64,000 nucleotides of DNA from Candidatus Nomurabacteria bacterium (lineage in GTDB: Bacteria; Patescibacteriota; Minisyncoccia; Phycocordibacterales; UBA9973), in NCBI GenBank assembly GCA_023898605.1, contig CP060230.1, positions 3,944-67,943 on the forward strand, in the 5' to 3' direction. This document shows positions 50,812 to 59,211 of the stretch, piece after piece. The notes beneath the pieces were generated by a model. It had not been told where the DNA came from and ran no database searches. It worked only from the letters and a program-made list of their open reading frames with translations. The stretch's first letter is position 1, and the number at the start of each line of letters is the position of its first letter. The position numbers and the translations under genes are program-made.

Positions 50812-53357
50812 TATCTTTTGTTGAAGTAGTATTTCATCGTTTCAAGACCTATTACATTTACGAGTCCTATCATCAACACCCCGACTAGCCATATTGGACT
50901 TAGTGCTACTGTTCCGAGTAAGTTTGATATTGGCGCTACATAAACACTAGATAGTATTGTTACAAGACCTATTATAACTCCAAAGAAAACATATTTGTTT
51001 TCCCAGATTTTGTATTGACCTAGGTTCATATCTAGTCTTTCGATTGAGAAAGAAAGGAAGAGTAAATAGGTTGCAAATGATAGATATGTGAAGGTTCTGG
51101 CGATTTCTATATCTACGTATTTTTGCAAGAAAAAGTAAACCAAGAACAAAAACGTACTAGAAAATATTCCTCTTACAAATGTGTACATCAATATATCTCT
51201 ATCGATAACTTTTTGTTTGAACAAACCTTTTTTCTTTGTAGGTTTGTATTCTCTATATCCAAACGTAAATCCTAGAGCTGGGAATATATCTGAAAAGAAT
51301 TTTACAAATAGTATCTGTATAGCGTTTAGTGGGAGAGCGAGACTCATAGCGATAGATCCTCCGATAAGAAGTAGTTCGTCGAAAGAGTCTGCGAGTAGGT
51401 AGACAATAACAGTTCTCATTTTTTGTTTTATAGATCTACCTTCTTTGATTGCAGAAACTATAGTTGTGTAGTTGTCGTCTAGTAGCACAAGATCGGCCGC
51501 GCCTTTGGCAACATCAGTTCCGCTTCCCATGGCAACTCCTATCGATGCAGTTTTTAGAGCCGGAGCATCATTTACACCGTCTCCTGTTACAGAAACTATT
51601 TCTCCAATCGATTCGTATATTTCGACAAGTCTTTTTTTGTGAGAAGGGGAAACCCTAGCAAATATATCTATGTCTTTGATTCTTGTTTTTAGTATTTCAT
51701 CAGACATGTTTTCTAACTCTTCTCCTGTTATTATTTCTGCATCACCTTCAACTAACCCAGAGTCTTTTGCTATATAAAGAGCGGTTTTTGGGTGGTCACC
51801 CGTTACAAGAACAGTTCTTACGCCTTCTAGTTTTATGTCTTTTATTGCTTCACGCACACCTTCTCTTACCGTGTCACTAAAACGAAGCATGCCTTTCCAA
51901 GAAAATGTTTCTTTTTCTATTATTTCTTCTATTTTTTCTATATTTTTGTTTTCTATTTCTTTTTCTACAACACCGAGTATTCTTTCTCCAACTTCTGCAA
52001 AAGAATCTATTTGTTTATTTATCGCGTCTTTGTTGTGTGACCTTGTTTTGTTTATTAGTATGTCTGGCGCACCAAGTAGTGATAGATAGAGTTTCCCACC
52101 TTTTTCGTACAAAACCCCAGAGAATTTATTGAGAGAAGTAAATGGGATTTTTTCTATTATCGTATGGTTTTTGTACAGAGGGTGTAGTTCTTTTCTGTTT
52201 TGGTATTCTTTTTCTAGAGCAACTTCTAGAGGACGTCCCCCTATAAGATTGCCTTCTTGGTCTAACTCTCCGTGTATGTTGAGCATCGCAGAAAGTAGTA
52301 GTGATTCTTTGTCTTCGGCTTCTTCACCTACGAGAGAAAGTTTGCCTTCTGTTATAGTTCCAGTTTTATCTGTCATTATTATACTTACGTTACCCAGAGT
52401 TTCTGCAGAATTTAGTTTTCTTACAACACCTTTTTTCTTGAGTAAGTGTATAGATCCTATCGATAAAACCAGAGTTAGGGCTATCGGGAGACTTTCTGGT
52501 ATGGCAGAAACTATAATAGCGATAGATAGAACTAGTATCTCTCTAGTATCATAACCACTTTGTACACCAAGAATAAGTATGATTACCCCTAGGGACAAAA
52601 GTCCTATTGTTATTTTTTTGGCCAGAGAAGAAACAGCTTTTTGTATAGGAGATACACCTTTCTTACTTTCTTTTACAAGACCTGCGATCTTTCCAATTTC
52701 TGTATTGCTTCCAGTTGCTGTTATCACTGCTTTACAAAGTCCACCAAAAACCAGTGTTCCCGCGTATAGCATGTTTTTTCTATCACCGAGAACAGTATTT
52801 TTATCCAAAACTTTTTCACTTTTCTTTTCTGGCAGAGATTCTCCTGTGAGTATTGCTTCGTCTACTTCTAGGTCTTTCGAAGATAGTATCCTTGCATCAG
52901 CTGGCACTTTGTCACCAGATCGCAATATTATGATATCTCCCGGAACCAATAGTTTTGAATCGACAAGTAGTCTTTGTCCTCCTCTTATAACAATAGTCTT
53001 GAGAGATATATAACTTTCTAGTTTTTTTATAGAGTTGTCGGCTTTGAGCTCCTGATAAAATCCTAGTCCGATGTTTATAAGAATCGCAACTATTATAAAA
53101 ATAGCTTCATTTGTTTTACCTAAAAATATAGATATGAGAGAAGAAACCGCTAGAAGTATGATAAGCGGATTGTTTACTTGTCTTGCTAGTATATCTAGTT
53201 TTAGAGTTTTTTTGTCTTTGGCCGGGATGTTTTTGCCATATTTTTTTTGTCTAGAAGATACTTCTTCTTCTGAGAGGCCATCTCTTCTGGATTCGAGCAT
53301 CTCTATTGCTATATCTGTTTCTAGTGCGTAATACGGGATGTTTTTTTGTTTTTCCAT
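50811..53357 (-). CDS. P-type cation-transporting ATPase (P2/P3-type, Ca2+/Mg2+-like)
   Basis: The phosphorylation site DKTGTIT, the TGES actuator motif (ILTGESLPE), GDGVNDAPAL, and 8-10 TM helices are present. Confidence 0.9.
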   Translation of the reverse strand: MEKQKNIPYYALETDIAIEMLESRRDGLSEEEVSSRQKKYGKNIPAKDKKTLKLDILARQVNNPLIILLAVSSLISIFLGKTNEAIFIIVAILINIGLGFYQELKADNSIKKLESYISLKTIVIRGGQRLLVDSKLLVPGDIIILRSGDKVPADARILSSKDLEVDEAILTGESLPEKKSEKVLDKNTVLGDRKNMLYAGTLVFGGLCKAVITATGSNTEIGKIAGLVKESKKGVSPIQKAVSSLAKKITIGLLSLGVIILILGVQSGYDTREILVLSIAIIVSAIPESLPIALTLVLSIGSIHLLKKKGVVRKLNSAETLGNVSIIMTDKTGTITEGKLSLVGEEAEDKESLLLSAMLNIHGELDQEGNLIGGRPLEVALEKEYQNRKELHPLYKNHTIIEKIPFTSLNKFSGVLYEKGGKLYLSLLGAPDILINKTRSHNKDAINKQIDSFAEVGERILGVVEKEIENKNIEKIEEIIEKETFSWKGMLRFSDTVREGVREAIKDIKLEGVRTVLVTGDHPKTALYIAKDSGLVEGDAEIITGEELENMSDEILKTRIKDIDIFARVSPSHKKRLVEIYESIGEIVSVTGDGVNDAPALKTASIGVAMGSGTDVAKGAADLVLLDDNYTTIVSAIKEGRSIKQKMRTVIVYLLADSFDELLLIGGSIAMSLALPLNAIQILFVKFFSDIFPALGFTFGYREYKPTKKKGLFKQKVIDRDILMYTFVRGIFSSTFLFLVYFFLQKYVDIEIARTFTYLSFATYLLFLSFSIERLDMNLGQYKIWENKYVFFGVIIGLVTILSSVYVAPISNLLGTVALSPIWLVGVLMIGLVNVIGLETMKYYFNKR

Positions 53358-53423
53358 AGTAAATTATTATATCACGGGGCGATTTCGTTTTTGGTCCGAG
53401 TCGATATATAATCAGATTGTTTT

Positions 53424-54692
53424 ATGCAAAAGAAAGACCTGAAAAAGTTTAATCTTCCAGATTCTCCAGGAGTTTATTTTTTCATCGGAAAAAATAAACC
53501 CTCTAGCAAGAAAGAGGAGATCCTATATATAGGTAAGGCAACTTCTCTCAAAGATAGAGTAACTAGCTACTTTTCTAGCGACCTTATCAATTCTAGAGGC
53601 GCACATATCGTCGATATGGTTTTTCGAGCTAGCAAAATCAAATACGAAAAAACAGATACAGTTCTAGAAGCGATACTACTCGAGGCAAACTTGATAAAAA
53701 AATACAAACCCTACTACAACACCAAAGAAAAAGATGATAAGAGTTGGAACTCGGTAGTAGTAACCAAAGAAGAATTTCCAAGAATCTTGCTTGTTAGAGA
53801 GAAGGACATAGATAGGGTGAACATGACCGTGACTTCTAAAAAGGCAGGACTGTCTAACGCAAAGATTTCAGAGGTCTTTGGTCCTTATCCAAAATCTTCG
53901 CATATAAAAGAAGTTCTGCGAATAATAAGAAAGATTTTTCCTTATGATGACAACTCTTCTAGAAGTAGCTATGGTGCAGAGTTCTACAAACAAATAGGGC
54001 TTTCTCCAGATAAAAAGAGCAAAGAAGCCAAGGCACTGTATAAACACAACATAAAACACATAGAGATGTTTCTAGATGCTAAAAAGAAAAAAATAATTTC
54101 TGAGCTCAAGAAAAAGATGCAAGATTTTTCTAAACAAAAAAAGTTTGAAGAAGCCGCCAAGATCAGAAACAAGATATTTGCAATTGATCACATAAACGAC
54201 ATCGCACTTCTGAAAAACGATATTTATGAAGAAGGAAATAGACCAAAGTTTAGAATAGAATCGTACGACATATCGCACCACGGAGGAAAGAGTATGGTTG
54301 GTGTTATGGTTGTACTGGACAACAAAATCTTGGACAAAAACGAATATAGGAAGTTCAACATCAAATCTCGTGACAAGTCCGACGATACTGGCGCACTAAA
54401 AGAAGTACTTGAAAGGAGGTTTTCTCATACAGAGTGGAGTATGCCAGACCTTATAGTTATAGATGGGGGTAAACCACAATATAACGCTGGAGAAAATTTT
54501 CTCAAAAAACACAAAATCGATATACCTCTTGTAACTGTTGTAAAAGACGAAAAACACAAACCAAAAGGCTTCTTGGGCGATGAAAACATGATCAAACTTC
54601 ACAAAGAAGCGATACTCCTATCGAACTCAGAGGCGCACAGATTTGCTATAACATTCCATAAGAAAAAGAGAAGTAAAGATTTTATAAAGTAA
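53424..54692 (+). CDS. uvrC: excinuclease ABC subunit C, short form lacking the C-terminal (HhH)2
   Basis: The GIY-YIG N-terminal nuclease (GVYFFIGKN..ILYIGKATSLKDRV), a UvrBC-interacting region and the RNase-H-like endonuclease domain (ESYDISHHGGKSMVGVMVV) are present. The protein ends at ~422 aa. Confidence 0.8.
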   Translation: MQKKDLKKFNLPDSPGVYFFIGKNKPSSKKEEILYIGKATSLKDRVTSYFSSDLINSRGAHIVDMVFRASKIKYEKTDTVLEAILLEANLIKKYKPYYNTKEKDDKSWNSVVVTKEEFPRILLVREKDIDRVNMTVTSKKAGLSNAKISEVFGPYPKSSHIKEVLRIIRKIFPYDDNSSRSSYGAEFYKQIGLSPDKKSKEAKALYKHNIKHIEMFLDAKKKKIISELKKKMQDFSKQKKFEEAAKIRNKIFAIDHINDIALLKNDIYEEGNRPKFRIESYDISHHGGKSMVGVMVVLDNKILDKNEYRKFNIKSRDKSDDTGALKEVLERRFSHTEWSMPDLIVIDGGKPQYNAGENFLKKHKIDIPLVTVVKDEKHKPKGFLGDENMIKLHKEAILLSNSEAHRFAITFHKKKRSKDFIK

Positions 54693-54733
54693 TTTCTATT
54701 TACTATCTTCTAAAGTGCTAATATACTAGTTAT

Positions 54734-55711
54734 ATGCTCAAAGTTGCAGTGCTCCGCGGTGGGCCAAACGAAAATTATGATATATCTATAGCTTCAGGCG
54801 AAAGCATAATTTCTGCACTAAAAACTCACAGTGATATAGAGGCCCAAGATCTTTTCTTTACAAAAGACATGAATCTTTTGTGGAAAGGTAGACCGCTTAG
54901 GATAGAAGATCTTCACAAACACTTTGATCTTGTTTGGAACAATCTTCACGGTTTTTATGGAGAAGATGGAAAAATACAAACCTTGTTTGAAAACTTTGGT
55001 GTAAAACACACTGGTCCTGGGGCCTGTGCTTCGGCTTCTGCGTTCCATAAAAGAATCGCCAAAGACGTTGCCAAAAATCACTCTGTCAAAACTCCAGAAT
55101 ATGTTTTGATTGATTTCTCTCCATACTTCATAGATCAAGATGAAGAAGAAATAGTTGCCAAAGAAACAGACAAGGTTTTCAGAAAGATAGCTCCACCTTG
55201 GATTGTGAAGCCTCTTTCAGATAGTTTTTCTCGTGGAGTTGTACTGGCTAGAACGTTGCCAGAGCTTGCTATCTCGATAGCTCGTAGCTATGAATCTGGA
55301 GAAGACATAATGGTAGAAGAGTATATCGAAGGATCAGAGTTTTCTGTCGGAGTTATAGATGGATATAGGGGAGAGAACTACTACATACTTCCTCCAGTCA
55401 AAAGAACTTCTTCTGGGAAGCACTTGTCTCACGAAGACGTGTGTAGTGGAATCAGTTGCCATAGTTTCAAGACTATAGATGAAAATAGTAAGTCAGAACT
55501 TATGAGAGTTGCACGTGTCGTGCATGATGCACTAGGTATGAAAGATTATTCTTCTAGTGATTTTATAGTTCATCCAAAGAAAGGAGTTTATTACCTTGAA
55601 ACAGATGCCTTGCCAGATTTGCGAGAAAGTTCTCCGTTTCGAGTTGGGTTAGATTCGGTGGGTGGAACAATCGAAGACTTCGTAAAACATATAGTTTCTA
55701 GAAAAAGATAA
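54734..55711 (+). CDS. ddl: D-alanine--D-alanine ligase
   Basis: It has the ATP-grasp fold with an N-terminal MLKVAVLRGGPNENYDISIASG and a C-terminal D-Ala-D-Ala ligase domain. Confidence 0.75.
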   Translation: MLKVAVLRGGPNENYDISIASGESIISALKTHSDIEAQDLFFTKDMNLLWKGRPLRIEDLHKHFDLVWNNLHGFYGEDGKIQTLFENFGVKHTGPGACASASAFHKRIAKDVAKNHSVKTPEYVLIDFSPYFIDQDEEEIVAKETDKVFRKIAPPWIVKPLSDSFSRGVVLARTLPELAISIARSYESGEDIMVEEYIEGSEFSVGVIDGYRGENYYILPPVKRTSSGKHLSHEDVCSGISCHSFKTIDENSKSELMRVARVVHDALGMKDYSSSDFIVHPKKGVYYLETDALPDLRESSPFRVGLDSVGGTIEDFVKHIVSRKR

Positions 55712-55737
55712 AAAACCCAGATGATTTCTGGGTTTAT
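55711..55737 (+). terminator. hairpin terminator after ddl
   Basis: An aaaaacccagatgatttctgggttt hairpin has a weak T-tract. Confidence 0.4.
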
Positions 55738-55775
55738 ACAATTATTTAATTTTTTAATAGATGATCTTTTGACGT

Positions 55776-56090
55776 CTATTTTTTGTGAATTTCTTCCGCG
55801 ATTCGATGCGCTTCTTTAATTTTTTCCTCTGTAAAAAATAAGGTTGGTACAGACCTACTATTGCTTACATGAATAGCGTTTGGTTCAAATTTTAATATGT
55901 TTATGCAATTAAAACAAATAATATGATTACATTCCGCACGAGGGTGTGAGCCCTTATCTGAATCATAACCAATGATACAGCAGGTGGCGTAAGGTGGTAT
56001 AGGATCGTTACACCTTGCGCAAGTACCGTTCTCATTTTTCTTCTTTTTTTGAGGAAAGACCGAAAAGAAAGACGATAATATTTTTTTCAT
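55776..56090 (-). CDS. small Cys-rich zinc-ribbon protein (hypothetical)
   Basis: The 104-aa ORF has CARC...CC...ECNHIICFNC, i.e. two CxxC-type pairs (treble-clef/zinc-ribbon-like), and a basic N-terminus. It is co-directional with and downstream of the OLD nuclease gene, across a 470-bp structured spacer. Confidence 0.4.
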   Translation of the reverse strand: MKKILSSFFSVFPQKKKKNENGTCARCNDPIPPYATCCIIGYDSDKGSHPRAECNHIICFNCINILKFEPNAIHVSNSRSVPTLFFTEEKIKEAHRIAEEIHKK

Positions 56091-56214
56091 GATAGATCAT
56101 TTGATTTCTTTCATATTATAAAAGTTCTTATACTTTTGCAACCTAAAAATAAAAATCTTTTTATTGATAAAGGTAACATTATTTGTTGCTCTGAAAATGA
56201 AATAGTACTTTATG

Positions 56215-56334
56215 GGTAATGACGTCGGCAGTAACTATACTGCCCTAACCGGGAGCAATGCTCCACGGCGCACGTATGACCGCATAACTCATAGTACATT
56301 TCACCCCGTCATGAGAAACATGGCGGGTTTTTTA
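56215..56334 (+). ncRNA. candidate small structured RNA (~115 nt) ending at an intrinsic terminator, antisense to the OLD and Zn-ribbon transcription direction
   Basis: Several stable hairpins (ggcagta-acta-tactgcc, ggagc-aat-gctcc) and a terminal ccccgtcatg-agaaa-catggcggg + T6 terminator. There is a possible weak promoter at about 56163-56210. It is non-coding and GC-richer than the flanks. No rfam-like motif was recognised. Confidence 0.3.
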
Positions 56335-56479
56335 TATTTAGGCAGTGTCGAGCACTGCGTAGCTCTTTTTAAAAAAGAGCGAAGCGGTGGACCTCAGTAT
56401 ATTTGATTTTAACCAGATTGTTAAGGAGATTAAGGCTTGGTGGGACCTTAAGGACCTTGTAATAGTAACTTGATATTGC

Positions 56480-56560
56480 TTTAGGGGTATGGGGGTACCC
56501 CCAGAAGTCGACCCCCGAGGGGGTTAGAGATAGCCGTATAGGGGTCGATGGACAAAAACA
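56480..56560. repeat. GC-rich compound palindromic element immediately 3' of the OLD nuclease stop
   Basis: gggggtaccccc, cccccgaggggg and the outer tcgacccc...ggggtcga inverted repeats, in a ~35% GC genome. Confidence 0.5.
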
Positions 56561-56569
56561 AGTGGTTTT

Positions 56570-58219
56570 TTAGTCTGAGAAAATATTTTCAATAATATCT
56601 TTCAGCCTTTGCGGTATAGCGGTTGAATCTAAGTCTTTAAATGTCTTGAAAGCGTTAAAAGGTTTGGTCCCACTTGGGATGGTTATACCTGCGGTGCTAC
56701 ATACTTGTTCAAAATCAGGGTCAAGAATTTCTGTCTTTCCAATATCTCTTGAATCTGTCACTCCTTGTTCAATATTACTATTAGAATCAGTACTACCTGC
56801 ATCTTTGTCGTAAATCACAATGTACGGTATACGGAAAGCATTTAAAACTTTTATGAAAAATGGTATTGCCTCTTTTCCGCCACACTCAACAATGGTAATG
56901 CCATAATCATAAAATAAATACTCTGGATTTATATTCCCAGCAATTACAGGAAGCACGACTTTTTCTGTATCTCCCTCTACTAATACAACTTTGCGTCCAA
57001 AAAACATCTCATTTCTTTCAGGGTCAAATTCAGTGAGAAGTTTAAAATTTTTCTTTTCTTCTGCTTGAGGGAAAATCTCATCAGTATACTGAATAATTTT
57101 GGTACCAGTGGCCATATCTTTTTTAACAGCAATGCCAATAGATTGGTATTCAGTCATATCAATGAAGAAGCTTGAGTGGGTAGTGAAAATAACTTGGTCA
57201 CTTTCTGAAATTTCCTTGAGCAGAGCAAACATTGACCTCTGCATTTGTGGATGAAGATATAGTTCTGGTTCTTCTATTCCGAATATTAAAGCTTTTGCTT
57301 TCTCGCCACGTTCTTTCTTTAGGAGTTCAGCATATGCTCTAAATATCACAAATATAACAGAGCGTTGTAAGCCATGTCCTTTATCTTCTATGGCAGTAAA
57401 CACTCCGTCATTGACCATAATTCGTGTTCCAGACTGGAACACTTCCTTAATACTAGGAGGTGTTACATCAAGCTTTATACTCGTTCCTCTCATGTGTGCA
57501 GATAATTTCTCACTAAGCGTTGTCTCAAAGTCTTTAAGCTGAGTAATTCTTCCGTCCTGCTCTTCATTTTCACCCATGAGCAACTTATTAAATTCTTCAT
57601 TCACTCTCTTAAGTTCATTGTTCTCTAGAACACTACTCAACATCGTGTTGACAATCTGACCGAATCTTGATTTTTCAGTAATCTTTGCTTCCTCTTTGAT
57701 ATCTTTTACAGCTGGCACATACAAGAAATCAGGCAAATACCCGTTTGCGACAGTTGCCCAACCAAAAGGTTTTGGTTTCCAATAGTAGTGTTTCTCTGCT
57801 GATGTGAATGGGTCAATTTCTTCTTTTTCAAGAATTTCAACAGCATCTTTTTTATCTTTATCATTCTCAAACTTATCTCCAAGAATCACTGCTGAAAAAA
57901 GGTGGTTATCATCTCCTTCGAAATAGTATTCTTTTTTCAGAATTACTGTTTGTTCGTCATCTAATAGGTATTTTGAAAATGTTTTCTTTGCATCATCATT
58001 TAAATCATTGAACCAAATCTGTATAACTATAGGTTGTTTAGTGTCGTTGAAATAATCAACTGGTAGTTTTTGTGTACTACTAAAAAATAGGTCTAGAGAT
58101 TTTAATACATTAGATTTACCAGCATTGTTTTCTCCTATAAAAGCCATTAGATTGTCGAAATCTATCCTTTCAGTCTTAAATGATTTGAAATTTTTTATAG
58201 ATACTCTAGTGATTTTCAT
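56570..58219 (-). CDS. OLD-family (overcoming lysogenization defect) ATP-dependent endonuclease with N-terminal ABC-type ATPase and C-terminal Toprim; stand-alone (class 1-like)
   Basis: The Walker A is GENNAGKSN (..FKSF..), the ABC signature-like motif is KGHGLQRSVIF, the Walker B/D-loop is LIFGIEEPELYLHP and the H-loop is TTHS. The Toprim domain has VVLVEGDTEKVVL (catalytic Glu) and IVIYDKDAGS (DxD). The ATG is at 58219; the ORF track used an upstream TTG. Confidence 0.75.
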   Translation of the reverse strand: MKITRVSIKNFKSFKTERIDFDNLMAFIGENNAGKSNVLKSLDLFFSSTQKLPVDYFNDTKQPIVIQIWFNDLNDDAKKTFSKYLLDDEQTVILKKEYYFEGDDNHLFSAVILGDKFENDKDKKDAVEILEKEEIDPFTSAEKHYYWKPKPFGWATVANGYLPDFLYVPAVKDIKEEAKITEKSRFGQIVNTMLSSVLENNELKRVNEEFNKLLMGENEEQDGRITQLKDFETTLSEKLSAHMRGTSIKLDVTPPSIKEVFQSGTRIMVNDGVFTAIEDKGHGLQRSVIFVIFRAYAELLKKERGEKAKALIFGIEEPELYLHPQMQRSMFALLKEISESDQVIFTTHSSFFIDMTEYQSIGIAVKKDMATGTKIIQYTDEIFPQAEEKKNFKLLTEFDPERNEMFFGRKVVLVEGDTEKVVLPVIAGNINPEYLFYDYGITIVECGGKEAIPFFIKVLNAFRIPYIVIYDKDAGSTDSNSNIEQGVTDSRDIGKTEILDPDFEQVCSTAGITIPSGTKPFNAFKTFKDLDSTAIPQRLKDIIENIFSD

Positions 58220-58375
58220 GGTTTTCTTTAGGAATAGGTCTATATACAATATCGACCAGTGTTATCAATTTTGTAGCTTGTTCTAAAGCATCTTGGTCCG
58301 ACAAGTCTGTGCCAATTTCTTTTTTATAAAAGTTAGCATCCTGTCAGGAATACATTGCTTCAAATTCAAATTTTG

Positions 58376-58448
58376 TGGACCTGAGGAGATTTGAACTCCT
58401 GACCTTTCGCTTGCAAAGCGACTGCTCTACCAACTGAGCTACAGGCCC
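58376..58448 (-). tRNA. tRNA-Ala (anticodon UGC), CCA not encoded
   Basis: The minus-strand sequence GGGCCTGTAGCTCAGTTGGTAGAGCAGTCGCTTTGCAAGCGAAAGGTCAGGAGTTCAAATCTCCTCAGGTCCA has a 7-bp acceptor stem, the anticodon loop TTTGCAA, a T-loop with GTTCAAATC, and the G3:U70-compatible GGGCC...GGTCC acceptor typical of tRNA-Ala. Confidence 0.85.
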
Positions 58449-58453
58449 AAAAT

Positions 58454-58553
58454 ATTTTTTAGTTATTAAACTGAGCCCCGACGTTCTACTTTGTAGAAGT
58501 GCGGGGCCCCGTACCTCTCTTGCAAGAGAGCGTCGGGGCTACAGGCCCAAAAT
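58454..58553. repeat. partial tandem duplication of the tRNA-Ala 5' end, split by a 61-bp GC-rich palindromic (four-way-junction-like) insert
   Basis: The 16-bp direct repeat gctacaggcccaaaat occurs at 58438-58453 and 58538-58553. In the second copy the tRNA 5' segment aactgagc|ctacaggccc is split at 58477-58537 by cccgacg...cgtcgggg, which has 8-bp terminal inverted repeats and three internal hairpins. Confidence 0.6.
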
Positions 58554-58766
58554 TAACTAAAAACTTAAAACTCAAAATTCATAACTTTATATCATGTACT
58601 GTTCGGACCCTGTCCGCCTAATTCTGGCGGAAACTGAGCACGGTGAGATACTGCTAATATTTCAAGTTTATACTGATCCTTTCCGGGGTCTAGCCCTCAC
58701 AAAACCAGTACGGAATATATTAGGACAAAATCCAAACAAAAGCAACCCCGATTTTGGTAAAAAAAT

Positions 58767-58794
58767 GGACAAAAGCTGAAAAATATCTATAATG
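58767..58794 (+). promoter_or_regulatory. sigma70-like promoter (TGGACA-16-TATAAT) for the small basic peptide gene
   Basis: tggacaaaagctgaaaaatatctataat lies immediately upstream of the ATG at 58803. Confidence 0.35.
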
Positions 58795-58802
58795 CTATCT
58801 AT

Positions 58803-58883
58803 ATGAATAAAAAGAAAAAAGTGGTTAGAAAGAAGAAAGCCAAGAAAGTAGAAAAGAAACAAGTTACTGCAAGACACAGATAG
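58803..58883 (+). CDS. candidate 26-aa highly basic peptide
   Basis: The ORF encodes MNKKKKVVRKKKAKKVEKKQVTARHR. It has a consensus-like promoter directly upstream and no Shine-Dalgarno sequence, so it may be leaderless. It is below the ORF-track size cutoff. Confidence 0.2.
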   Translation: MNKKKKVVRKKKAKKVEKKQVTARHR

Positions 58884-59046
58884 TCTTGATTTTTGGCAAT
58901 ATTTTGTTAGAATCAGGATTGTAAGTACGAGGCAGTGCGAAGAGCATAGCTTTTTATTTCGCCTTATACTTCGTCTGGTCGAAAAAATCAGTTTTGCCTT
59001 TGTGGCAAAACTGCTCCATTAATAAATGATAATTTGAAATATTATT

Positions 59047-59199
59047 ATGGACGATATGAACAACAATGTTGTAAACACAGCAGCAGAAGGAACAGAGACT
59101 ACAGAAGAAGAACAAATGAACGCTGCTCCTATGATGGATGATGCTACAGACGAAACATCATCTGAAGAAGAAACTACAGAAGAAGGCGAGATGGCCTAA
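59047..59199 (+). CDS. candidate 50-aa highly acidic peptide
   Basis: The ORF encodes MDDMNNNVVNTAAEGTETTEEEQMNAAPMMDDATDETSSEEETTEEGEMA. It is followed 12 nt later by a strong intrinsic terminator, with a promoter-like TTGATT-16-TAGAAT at about 58886-58913. Confidence 0.3.
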   Translation: MDDMNNNVVNTAAEGTETTEEEQMNAAPMMDDATDETSSEEETTEEGEMA

Positions 59200-59211
59200 A
59201 TTCTCAATCAA

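Noticed and set aside
56215-56334. Identification of the small RNA candidate as tmRNA, SRP RNA, RNase P RNA or 6S RNA
   Set aside because: None of the conserved motifs could be found by eye: the tmRNA GGGG...tag ORF...T-arm-CCA, the SRP GGAA/GNRA with AGCAGCC domain IV, or the RNase P CR-I to CR-V blocks. A covariance-model search is needed.
56100-58300. Possibility that the OLD nuclease belongs to a retron (Eco8-like) or Gabija system
   Set aside because: No reverse-transcriptase-sized or UvrD-like helicase ORF exists on either strand within several kb. The flanks are tRNA-Ala and ddl. The structured RNA lacks flanking a1/a2 inverted repeats characteristic of msr-msd.
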